Source: Auanema rhodensis
Taxonomy: Eukaryota > Animalia > Nematoda
Reading direction: 5' to 3'
DNA length: 64,000 nucleotides
Assembly (NCBI GenBank): GCA_964057225.1
Contig: OZ059899.1
Span: forward strand, 992,001 to 1,056,000
Of this stretch, positions 11,121 through 24,420 are shown piece after piece. The first letter of the stretch is position 1. The number at the start of each line of letters is the position of its first letter. The notes beneath the pieces are model-generated. The model was not told the origin of the DNA and did not search any database. It saw only the letters and a list, made by a program, of their open reading frames with translations. Made by a program: the position numbers and the translations under genes.

Positions 11121-13244
11121 TAATTTAGCAAAAAGTAGATGTTTTTAGATTCCGTTTTTCAAAGCAAAGACGATGGACAATGTTATTCAACGAAAAAAAT
11201 AATTCTTCAGGGTGAAAATCGAGGATATAAGTGTGAACTTATATCAGTTGATATCTCGGTGCATTTTCAAGCTAGCGCAAATCTGATAACACAGATCGAC
11301 GCAGCTCAAAAATCCGCATCGAATGCACTATACTACATTGAGAAACGCTTAATACAAAAATTAGTTATGATCGTTTGAAAAATGATGCATTAGTGTATGT
11401 TGAGTTTCCATGTACACTCAACATTGCTTCCAAAAACATTTTGACAAAAATTTTTTCGAAAAATTTCAAAATAATTTAGCAGAAAGTAGATGTTTTTAGA
11501 TTCCGTTTTTCAAGGCAAAGACGATGGACAATGTTATTCAACGAAAAAAGAAATTCTTCAGGGTGAAAATCGAGGATATAAGTGTGAACTTATATCAGTT
11601 GATATCTCGGTGCTTTTTTAAGCTAGCGCAAATCTGATAACACAGATCGACGCAGCTCAAAAATCCGCATCGAATGCACTATACTACATTGAGAAACGCT
11701 TAATACAAAAATTAGTTATGATCGTTTGAAAAATGATGCATTAGTGTATGTTGAGTTTCCATGTACACTCAACATTGCTTCCAAAAACATTTTGACAAAA
11801 ATTTTTTCGAAAAATTTCAAGATAATTTAGCGAAAAGTAGATGTTTTTAGATTCCGTTTTTCAAAGCAAAGACGATGGACAATGTTATTCGACGAAAAAA
11901 ATAATTCTTCAGGGTGAAAATCGAGGATATAAGTGTGAACTTATATCAGTTGATATCTCGGTGCATTTTCAAGCTAGCGCAAATCTGATAACACAGATCG
12001 ACGCAGCTTAAAAATCCGCATTGAATGCACTATACTACATTGAGAAACGCTTAATACAAAAATTAGTTATGATCGTTTGAAAAATGATGCATTAGTGTAT
12101 GTTGAGTTTCCATGTACACTCAACATTGCTTCCAAAAACATTTTGACAAAAATTTTTTCGAAAAATTTCAAAATAATTTAGCAAAAAGTAGATGTTTTTA
12201 GATTCCGTTTTTCAAGGCAAAGACGATGGACAATGTTATTCAACGAAAAAAATAATTCTTCAGGGTGAAAATCGAGGATATAAGTGTGAACTTATATCAG
12301 TTGATATCTCGGTGCATTTTCAAGCTAGCGCAAATCTGATAACACAGATCGACGCAGCTCAAAAATCCGCATCGAATGCACTATACTACATTGAGAAACG
12401 CTTAATACAAAAATTAGTTATGATCGTTTGAAAAATGATGCATTAGTGTATGTTGAGTTTCCATGTACACTCAACATTGCTTCCAAAAACATTTTGACAA
12501 AAATTTTTTCGAAAAATTTCAAGATAATTTAGCGAAAAGTAGATGTTTTTAGATTCCGTTTTTCAAGGCAAAGACGATGGACAATGTTATTCAACGAAAA
12601 AATTAATTCTTCAGGGTGAAAATCGAGGATATATGTGTGAACTCATATCAGTTGATATCTCGGTGCATTTTTAAGCTAGCGCAAATCTGATAACACAGAT
12701 CGACGCAGCTCAACAATCCGCATCGAATGCACTATACTACATTGAGAAACGCTTAATACAAAAATTAGTTATGATCGTTTGAAAAATGATGCATTAGTGT
12801 ATGTTGAGTTTCCATGTACACTCAACATTGCTTCCAAAAACATTTTGACAAAAATTTTTTCGAAAAATTTCAAAATAATTTAGCGAAAAGTAGATGTTTT
12901 TAGATTCTGTTTTTCAAGGCAAAGACGATGGACAATGTTATTCAACGAAAAAAATAATTCTTCAGGGTGAAAATCGAGGATATAAGTGTGAACTTATATC
13001 AGTTGATATCTCGGTGCATTTTTAAGCTAGCGCAAATCTGATAACACAGATCGACGTAGCTTAAAAATCCGCATCGAATGCACTATACTACATTGAGAAA
13101 CGCTTAATACAAAAAGTAGTTATGATCGTTTGAAAAATGATGCATTAGTGTATGTTGAGTTTCCATGTACACTCAACATTGCTTCCAAAAACATTTTGAC
13201 AAAAATTTTTTCGAAAAATTTCAAGATAATTTAGCGAAAAGTAG

Positions 13245-16200
13245 ATGTTTTTAGATTCCGTTTTTCAAGGCAAAGACGATGGACAATGTTATTCAACGAA
13301 AAAATTAATTCTTCAGGGTGAAAATCGAGGATATAAGTGTGAACTTATATCAGTTGATATCTCGGTGCATTTTCAAGCTAGCGCAAATCTGATAACACAG
13401 ATCGACGCAGCTCAAAAATCCGCATCGAATGCACTATACTACATTAAGAAACGCTTAATACAAAAATTAGTTATGATCGTTTGAAAAATGATGCATTAGT
13501 GTATGTTGAGTTTCCATGTACACTCAACATTGCTTCCAAAAACATTTTGACAAAAATTTTTTCGAAAAATTTCAAAATAATTTAGCGAAAAGTAGATGTT
13601 TTTAGATTCTGTTTTTCAAGGCAAAGACGATGGACAATGTTATTCAACGAAAAAAATAATTCTTCAGGGTGAAAATCGAGGATATAAGTGTGAACTTATA
13701 TCAGTTGATATCTCGGTGCATTTTTAAGCTAGCGCAAATCTGATAACACAGATCGACGTAGCTTAAAAATCCGCATCGAATGCACTATACTACATTGAGA
13801 AACGCTTAATACAAAAAGTAGTTATGATCGTTTGAAAAATGATGCATTAGTGTATGTTGAGTTTCCATGTACACTCAACATTGCTTCCAAAAACATTTTG
13901 ACAAAAATTTTTTCGAAAAATTTCAAGATAATTTAGCGAAAAGTAGATGTTTTTAGATTCCGTTTTTCAAGGCAAAGACGATGGACAATGTTATTCAACG
14001 AAAAAATTAATTCTTCAGGGTGAAAATCGAGGATATAAGTGTGAACTTATATCAGTTGATATCTCGGTGCATTTTCAAGCTAGCGCAAATCTGATAACAC
14101 AGATCGACGCAGCTCAAAAATCCGCATCGAATGCACTATACTACATTGAGAAACGCTTAATACAAAAATTAGTTATGATCGTTTGAAAAATGATGCATTA
14201 GTGTATGTTGAGTTTCCATGTACACTCAACATTGCTTCCAAAAACATTTTGACAAAAATTTTTTCGAAAAATTTCAAGATAATTTAGCGAAAAGTAGATG
14301 TTTTTAGATTCCGTTTTTCAAGGCAAAGACGATGGACAATGTTATTCAACGAAAAAATTAATTCTTCAGGGTGAAAATCGAGGATATATGTGTGAACTCA
14401 TATCAGTTGATATCTCGGTGCATTTTTAAGCTAGCGCAAATCTGATAACACAGATCGACGCAGCTCAACAATCCGCATCGAATGCACTATACTACATTGA
14501 GAAACGCTTAATACAAAAATTAGTTATGATCGTTTGAAAAATGATGCATTAGTGTATGTTGAGTTTCCATGTACACTCAACATTGCTTCCAAAAACATTT
14601 TGACAAAAATTTTTTCGAAAAATTTCAAAATAATTTAGCGAAAAGTAGATGTTTTTAGATTCCGTTTTTCAAGGCAAAGACGATGGACAATGTTATTCAA
14701 CGAAAAAAAATTAATTCTTCAGGGTGAAAATCGAGGATATATGTGTGAACTCATATCAGTTGATATCTCGGTGCATTTTTAAGCTAGCGCAAATCTGATA
14801 ACACAGATCGACGCAGCTCAACAATCCGCATCGAATGCACTATACTACATTGAGAAACGCTTAATACAAAAATTAGTTATGATCGTTTGAAAAATGATGC
14901 ATTAGTGTATGTTGAGTTTCCATGTACACTCAACATTGCTTCCAAAAACATTTTGACAAAAATTTTTTCGAAAAATTTCAAGATAATTTAGCGAAAAGTA
15001 GATGTTTTTAGATTCCGTTTTTCAAGGCAAAGACGATGGACAATGTTATTCAACGAAAAAATTAATTCTTCAGGGTGAAAATCGAGGATATAAGTGTGAA
15101 CTTATATCAGTTGATATCTCGGTGCATTTTCAAGCTAGCGCAAATCTGATAACACAGATCGACGCAGCTCAAAAATCCGCATCGAATGCACTATACTACA
15201 TTGAGAAACGCTTAATACAAAAATTAGTTATGATCGTTTGAAAAATGATGCATTAGTGTATGTTGAGTTTCCATGTACACTCAACATTGCTTCCAAAAAC
15301 ATTTTGACAAAAATTTTTTCGAAAAATTTCAAGATAATTTAGCGAAAAGTAGATGTTTTTAGATTCCGTTTTTCAAGGCAAAGACGATGGACAATGTTAT
15401 TCAACGAAAAAATTAATTCTTCAGGGTGAAAATCGAGGATATATGTGTGAACTCATATCAGTTGATATCTCGGTGCATTTTTAAGCTAGCGCAAATCTGA
15501 TAACACAGATCGACGCAGCTCAACAATCCGCATCGAATGCACTATACTACATTGAGAAACGCTTAATACAAAAATTAGTTATGATCGTTTGAAAAATGAT
15601 GCATTAGTGTATGTTGAGTTTCCATGTACACTCAACATTGCTTCCAAAAACATTTTGACAAAAATTTTTTCGAAAAATTTCAAAATAATTTAGCGAAAAG
15701 TAGATGTTTTTAGATTCCGTTTTTCAAGGCAAAGACGATGGACAATGTTATTCAACGAAAAAAAATTAATTCTTCAGGGTGAAAATCGAGGATATATGTG
15801 TGAACTCATATCAGTTGATATCTCGGTGCATTTTTAAGCTAGCGCAAATCTGATAACACAGATCGACGCAGCTCAACAATCCGCATCGAATGCACTATAC
15901 TACATTGAGAAACGCTTAATACAAAAATTAGTTATGATCGTTTGAAAAATGATGCATTAGTGTATGTTGAGTTTCCATGTACACTCAACATTGCTTCCAA
16001 AAACATTTTGACAAAAATTTTTTCGAAAAATTTCAAAATAATTTAGCGAAAAGTAGATGTTTTTAGATTCCGTTTTTCAAGGCAAAGACGATGGACAATG
16101 TTATTCAACGAAAAAAATAATTCTTCAGGGTGAAAATCGAGGATATAAGTGTGAACTTATATCAGTTGATATCTCGGTGCATTTTCAAGCTAGCGCAAAT

Positions 16201-19200
16201 CTGATAACACAGATCGACGCAGCTCAAAAATCCGCATCGAATGCACTATACTACATTGAGAAACGCTTAATACAAAAATTAGTTATGATCGTTTGAAAAA
16301 TGATGCATTAGTGTATGTTGAGTTTCCATGTACACTCAACATTGCTTCCAAAAACATGTTGACAAAAATTTTTTCGAAAAATTTCAAGATAATTTAGCGA
16401 AAAGTAGATGTTTTCAGATTCCGTTTTTCAAGGCAAAGACGATGGACAATGTTATTCAACGAAAAAAATAATTCTTCAGGGTGAAAATCGAGGATATAAG
16501 TGTGAACTTATATCAGTTGATATCTCGGTGCATTTTCAAGCTAGCGCAAATCTGATAACACAGATCGACGCAGCTCAAAAATCCGCATCGAATGCACTAT
16601 ACTACATTGAGAAACGCTTAATACAAAAATTAGTTATGATCGTTTGAAAAATGATGCATTAGTGTATGTTGAGTTTCCATGTACACTCAACATTGCTTCC
16701 AAAAACATGTTGACAAAAATTTTTTCGAAAAATTTCAAGATAATTTAGCGAAAAGTAGATGTTTTCAGATTCCGTTTTTCAAGGCAAAGACGATGGACAA
16801 TGTTATTCAACGAAAAAATTAATTCTTCAGGGTGAAAATCGAGGATATAAGTGTGAACTTATATCAGTTGATATCTCGGTGCATTTTCAAGCTAGCGCAA
16901 ATCTGATAGCACAGATCGACGCAGCTCAAAAATCCGCATCGAATGCACTATACTACATTAAGAAACGCTTAATACAAAAATTAGTTATGATCGTTTGAAA
17001 AATGATGCATTAGTGTATGTTGAGTTTCCATGTACACTCAACATTGCTTCCAAAATCATTTTGACAAAAATTTTTTCGAAAAATTTCAAAATAATTTAGC
17101 GAAAAGTAGAAGTTTTTAGATTCCGTTTTTCAAGGCAAAGACGATGGACAATGTTATTCAACGAAAAAAATAATTCTTCAGGGTGAAAATCGAGGATATA
17201 AGTGTGAACTTATATCAGTTGATATCTCGGTGCATTTTTAAGCTAGCGCAAATCTGATAACACAGATCGACGTAGCTTAAAAATCCGCATCGAATGCACT
17301 ATACTACATTGAGAAACGCTTAATACAAAAATTAGTTATGATCGTTTGAAAAATGATGCATTAGTGTATGTTGAGTTTCCATGTACACTCAACATTGCTT
17401 CCAAAAACATTTTGACAAAAATTTTTTCGAAAAATTTCAAAATAATTTAGCGAAAAGTAGATGTTTTTAGATTCCGTTTTTCAAGGCAAAGACGATGGAC
17501 AATGTTATTCAACGAAAAAAATAATTCTTCAGGGTGAAAATCGAGGATATAAGTGTGAACTTATATCAGTTGATATCTCGGTGCATTTTTAAGCTAGCGC
17601 AAATCTGATAACACAGATCGACGTAGCTTAAAAATCCGCATCGAATGCACTATACTACATTGAGAAACGCTTAATACAAAAATTAGTTATGATCGTTTGA
17701 AAAATGATGCATTAGTGTATGTTGAGTTTCCATGTACACTCAACATTGCTTCCAAAAACATTTTGACAAAAATTTTTTCGAAAAATTTCAAAATAATTTA
17801 GCGAAAAGTAGATGTTTTTAGATTCCGTTTTTCAAGGCAAAGACGATGGACAATGTTATTCATCGAAAAAATTAATTCTTCAGGGTGAAAATCGAGGATA
17901 TAAGTGTGAACTTATATCAGTTGATATCTCGGTGCATTTTCAAGCTAGCGCAAATCTGATAACACAGATCGACGCAGCTCAAAAATCCGCATCGAATGCA
18001 CTATACTACATTGAGAAACGCTTAATACAAAAATTAGTTATGATCGTTTGAAAAATGATGCATTAGTGTATGTTGAGTTTCCATGTACACTCAACATTGC
18101 TTCCAAAAACATTTTGACAAAAATTTTTTCGAAAAATTTCAGAATAATTTAGCGAAAAGTAGATGTTTTTAGATTCCGTTTTTCAAGGCAAAGACGATGG
18201 ACAATGTTATTCAACGAAAAAATTAATTCTTCAGGGTGAAAATCGAGGATATAAGTGTGAACTTATATCAGTTGATATCTCGGTGCATTTTCAAGCTAGC
18301 GCAAATCTGATAACACAGATCGACGCAGCTCAAAAATCCGCATCGAATGCACTATACTACATTGAGAAACGCTTAATACAAAAATTAGTTATGATCGTTT
18401 GAAAAATGATGCATTAGTGTATGTTGAGTTTCCATGTACACTCAACATTGCTTCCAAAAACATGTTGACAAAAATTTTTTCGAAAAATTTCAAGATAATT
18501 TAGCGAAAAGTAGATGTTTTTAGATTCCGTTTTTCAAGGCAAAGACGATGGACAATGTTATTCAACGAAAAAATTAATTCTTCAGGGTGAAAATCGAGGA
18601 TATAAGTGTGAACTTATATCAGTTGATATCTCGGTGCATTTTCAAGCTAGCGCAAATCTGATAACACAGATCGACGCAGCTCAAAAATCCGCATCGAATG
18701 CACTATACTACATTAAGAAACGCTTAATACAAAAATTAGTTATGATTGTTTGAAAAATGATGCATTAGTGTATGTTGAGTTTCCATGTACACTCAACATT
18801 GCTTCCAAAAACATTTTGACAAAAATTTTTTCGAAAAATTTCAAAATAATTTAGCGAAAAGTAGATGTTTTTAGATTCTGTTTTTCAAGGCAAAGACGAT
18901 GGACAATGTTATTCAACGAAAAAAATAATTCTTCAGGGTGAAAATCGAGGATATAAGTGTGAACTTATATCAGTTGATATCTCGGTGCATTTTTAAGCTA
19001 GCGCAAATCTGATAACACAGATCGACGTAGCTTAAAAATCCGCATCGAATGCACTATACTACATTGAGAAACGCTTAATACAAAAAGTAGTTATGATCGT
19101 TTGAAAAATGATGCATTAGTGTATGTTGAGTTTCCATGTACACTCAACATTGCTTCCAAAAACATTTTGACAAAAATTTTTTCGAAAAATTTCAAGATAA

Positions 19201-22200
19201 TTTAGCGAAAAGTAGATGTTTTTAGATTCCGTTTTTCAAGGCAAAGACGATGGACAATGTTATTCAACGAAAAAATTAATTCTTCAGGGTGAAAATCGAG
19301 GATATAAGTGTGAACTTATATCAGTTGATATCTCGGTGCATTTTCAAGCTAGCGCAAATCTGAGAACACAGATCGACGCAGCTCAAAAATCCGCATCGAA
19401 TGCACTATACTACATTGAGAAACGCTTAATACAAAAATTAGTTATGATCGTTTGAAAAATGATGCATTAGTGTATGTTGAGTTTCCATGTACACTCAACA
19501 TTGCTTCCAAAAACATTTTGACAAAAATTTTTTCGAAAAATTTCAAGATAATTTAGCGAAAAGTAGATGTTTTTAGATTCCGTTTTTCAAGGCAAAGACG
19601 ATGGACAATGTTATTCAACGAAAAAATTAATTCTTCAGGGTGAAAATCGAGGATATATGTGTGAACTCATATCAGTTGATATCTCGGTGCATTTTTAAGC
19701 TAGCGCAAATCTGATAACACAGATCGACGCAGCTCAACAATCCGCATCGAATGCACTATACTACATTGAGAAACGCTTAATACAAAAATTAGTTATGATC
19801 GTTTGAAAAATGATGCATTAGTGTATGTTGAGTTTCCATGTACACTCAACATTGCTTCCAAAAACATTTTGACAAAAATTTTTTCGAAAAATTTCAAAAT
19901 AATTTAGCGAAAAGTAGATGTTTTTAGATTCCGTTTTTCAAGGCAAAGACGATGGACAATGTTATTCAACGAAAAAAAATTAATTCTTCAGGGTGAAAAT
20001 CGAGGATATATGTGTGAACTCATATCAGTTGATATCTCGGTGCATTTTTAAGCTAGCGCAAATCTGATAACACAGATCGACGCAGCTCAACAATCCGCAT
20101 CGAATGCACTATACTACATTGAGAAACGCTTAATACAAAAATTAGTTATGATCGTTTGAAAAATGATGCATTAGTGTATGTTGAGTTTCCATGTACACTC
20201 AACATTGCTTCCAAAAACATTTTGACAAAAATTTTTTCGAAAAATTTCAAAATAATTTAGCGAAAAGTAGATGTTTTTAAATTCCGTTTTTCAAGGCAAA
20301 GACGATGGACAATGTTATTCATCGAAAAAATTAATTCTTCAGGGTGAAAATCGAGGATATAAGTGTGAACTTATATCAGTTGATATCTCGGTGCATTTTC
20401 AAGCTAGCGCAAATCTGATAACACAGATCGACGCAGCTCAAAAATCCGCATCGAATGCACTATACTACATTGAGAAACGCTTAATACAAAAATTAGTTAT
20501 GATCGTTTGAAAAATGATGCATTAGTGTATGTTGAGTTTCCATGTACACTCAACATTGCTTCCAAAAACATGTTGACAAAAATTTTTTCGAAAAATTTCA
20601 AGATAATTTAGCGAAAAGTAGATGTTTTTAGATTCCGTTTTTCAAGGCAAAGACGATGGACAATGTTATTCAACGAAAAAATTAATTCTTCAGGGTGAAA
20701 ATCGAGGATATAAGTGTGAACTTATATCAGTTGATATCTCGGTGCATTTTCAAGCTAGCGCAAATCTGATAACACAGATCGACGCAGCTCAAAAATCCGC
20801 ATCGAATGCACTATACTACATTAAGAAACGCTTAATACAAAAATTAGTTATGATTGTTTGAAAAATGATGCATTAGTGTATGTTGAGTTTCCATGTACAC
20901 TCAACATTGCTTCCAAAAACATTTTGACAAAAATTTTTTCGAAAAATTTCAAAATAATTTAGCGAAAAGTAGATGTTTTTAGATTCTGTTTTTCAAGGCA
21001 AAGACGATGGACAATGTTATTCAACGAAAAAAATAATTCTTCAGGGTGAAAATCGAGGATATAAGTGTGAACTTATATCAGTTGATATCTCGGTGCATTT
21101 TTAAGCTAGCGCAAATCTGATAACACAGATCGACGTAGCTTAAAAATCCGCATCGAATGCACTATACTACATTGAGAAACGCTTAATACAAAAAGTAGTT
21201 ATGATCGTTTGAAAAATGATGCATTAGTGTATGTTGAGTTTCCATGTACACTCAACATTGCTTCCAAAAACATTTTGACAAAAATTTTTTCGAAAAATTT
21301 CAAGATAATTTAGCGAAAAGTAGATGTTTTTAGATTCCGTTTTTCAAGGCAAAGACGATGGACAATGTTATTCAACGAAAAAATTAATTCTTCAGGGTGA
21401 AAATCGAGGATATAAGTGTGAACTTATATCAGTTGATATCTCGGTTCATTTTCAAGCTAGCGCAAATCTGATAACACAGATCGACGCAGCTCAAAAATCC
21501 GCATCGAATGCACTATACTACATTGAGAAACGCTTAATACAAAAATTAGTTATGATCGTTTGAAAAATGATGCATTAGTGTATGTTGAGTTTCCATGTAC
21601 ACTCAACATTGCTTCCAAAAACATTTTGACAAAAATTTTTTCGAAAAATTTCAAGATAATTTAGCGAAAAGTAGATGTTTTTAGATTCCGTTTTTCAAGG
21701 CAAAGACGATGGACAATGTTATTCAACGAAAAAATTAATTCTTCAGGGTGAAAATCGAGGATATATGTGTGAACTCATATCAGTTGATATCTCGGTGCAT
21801 TTTTAAGCTAGCGCAAATCTGATAACACAGATCGACGCAGCTCAACAATCCGCATCGAATGCACTATACTACATTGAGAAACGCTTAATACAAAAATTAG
21901 TTATGATCGTTTGAAAAATGATGCATTAGTGTATGTTGAGTTTCCATGTACACTCAACATTGCTTCCAAAAACATTTTGACAAAAATTTTTTCGAAAAAT
22001 TTCAAAATAATTTAGCGAAAAGTAGATGTTTTTAGATTCCGTTTTTCAAGGCAAAGACGATGGACAATGTTATTCAACGAAAAAAAATTAATTCTTCAGG
22101 GTGAAAATCGAGGATATATGTGTGAACTCATATCAGTTGATATCTCGGTGCATTTTTAAGCTAGCGCAAATCTGATAACACAGATCGACGCAGCTCAACA

Positions 22201-22378
22201 ATCCGCATCGAATGCACTATACTACATTGAGAAACGCTTAATACAAAAATTAGTTATGATCGTTTGAAAAATGATGCATTAGTGTATGTTGAGTTTCCAT
22301 GTACACTCAACATTGCTTCCAAAAACATTTTGACAAAAATTTTTTCGAAAAATTTCAAAATAATTTAGCGAAAAGTAG
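13245..22378 (+). repeat. Nested duplications marked by a +2 A (353-bp) monomer: 5-monomer cassette at 13245, 18514 and 20622; trimer 13947-15001 repeated at 15002-16056
   Basis: A8 runs at 14703-14710, 15758-15765, 19972-19979, 22080-22087. Co-inherited markers: ATTAAG, GATTCTG+GACGTAG+AAAAGTAG, TATATGTG/CTCAT/CAACAA. Confidence 0.88.
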
Positions 22379-24420
22379 ATGTTTTTAGATTCCGTTTTTC
22401 AAGGCAAAGACGATGGACAATGTTATTCAACGAAAAAAATAATTCTTCAGGGTGAAAATCGAGGATATAAGTGTGAACTTATATCAGTTGATATCTCGGT
22501 GCATTTTTAAGCTAGCGCAAATCTGATAACACAGATCGACGTAGCTTAAAAATCCGCATCGAATGCACTATACTACATTGAGAAACGCTTAATACAAAAA
22601 TTAGTTATGATCGTTTGAAAAATGATGCATTAGTGTATGTTGAGTTTCCATGTACACTCAACATTGCTTCCAAAAACATTTTGACAAAAATTTTTTCGAA
22701 AAATTTCAAGATAATTTAGCGAAAAGTAGATGTTTTTAGATTCCGTTTTTCAAGGCAAAGACGATGGACAATGTTATTCAACGAAAAAATCAATTCTTCA
22801 GGGTGAAAATCGAGGATATAAGTGTGAACTTATATCAGTTGATATCTCGGTGCATTTTCAAGCTAGCGCAAATCTGATAACACAGATCGACGCAGCTCAA
22901 AAATCCGCATCGAATGCACTATACTACATTGAGAAACGCTTAATACAAAAATTAGTTATGATCGTTTGAAAAATGATGCATTAGTGTATGTTGAGTTTCC
23001 ATGTACACTCAACATTGCTTCCAAAAACATGTTGACAAAAATTTTTTCGAAAAATTTCAAGATAATTTAGCGAAAAGTAGATGTTTTCAGATTCCGTTTT
23101 TCAAGGCAAAGACGATGGACAATGTTATTCAACGAAAAAATTAATTCTTCAGGGTGAAAATCGAGGATATAAGTGTGAACTTATATCAGTTGATATCTCG
23201 GTGCATTTTCAAGCTAGCGCAAATCTGATAGCACAGATCGACGCAGCTCAAAAATCCGCATCGAATGCACTATACTACATTAAGAAACGCTTAATACAAA
23301 AATTAGTTATGATCGTTTGAAAAATGATGCATTAGTGTATGTTGAGTTTCCATGTACACTCAACATTGCTTCCAAAATCATTTTGACAAAAATTTTTTCG
23401 AAAAATTTCAAAATAATTTAGCGAAAAGTAGAAGTTTTTAGATTCCGTTTTTCAAGGCAAAGACGATGGACAATGTTATTCAACGAAAAAAATAATTCTT
23501 CAGGGTGAAAATCGAGGATATAAGTGTGAACTTATATCAGTTGATATCTCGGTGCATTTTTAAGCTAGCGCAAATCTGATAACACAGATCGACGTAGCTT
23601 AAAAATCCGCATCGAATGCACTATACTACATTGAGAAACGCTTAATACAAAAATTAGTTATGATCGTTTGAAAAATGATGCATTAGTGTATGTTGAGTTT
23701 CCATGTACACTCAACATTGCTTCCAAAAACATTTTGACAAAAATTTTTTCGAAAAATTTCAAAATAATTTAGCGAAAAGTAGATGTTTTTAGATTCCGTT
23801 TTTCAAGGCAAAGACGATGGACAATGTTATTCAACGAAAAAAATAATTCTTCAGGGTGAAAATCGAGGATATAAGTGTGAACTTATATCAGTTGATATCT
23901 CGGTGCATTTTTAAGCTAGCGCAAATCTGATAACACAGATCGACGTAGCTTAAAAATCCGCATCGAATGCACTATACTACATTGAGAAACGCTTAATACA
24001 AAAATTAGTTATGATCGTTTGAAAAATGATGCATTAGTGTATGTTGAGTTTCCATGTACACTCAACATTGCTTCCAAAAACATTTTGACAAAAATTTTTT
24101 CGAAAAATTTCAAAATAATTTAGCGAAAAGTAGATGTTTTTAGATTCCGTTTTTCAAGGCAAAGACGATGGACAATGTTATTCATCGAAAAAATTAATTC
24201 TTCAGGGTGAAAATCGAGGATATAAGTGTGAACTTATATCAGTTGATATCTCGGTGCATTTTCAAGCTAGCGCAAATCTGATAACACAGATCGACGCAGC
24301 TCAAAAATCCGCATCGAATGCACTATACTACATTGAGAAACGCTTAATACAAAAATTAGTTATGATCGTTTGAAAAATGATGCATTAGTGTATGTTGAGT
24401 TTCCATGTACACTCAACATT
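16650..24420 (+). repeat. ~4-monomer block (~16650-18100) duplicated at ~22970-24420, offset 6322 bp (18 monomers + 4 bp)
   Basis: Rare alleles TTTTCAGATT+GATAGCAC (16759/23081), CAAAATCATT, GTAGAAG (17110/23432) and TCATCG (17812/24134) appear in the same order. Confidence 0.88.
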
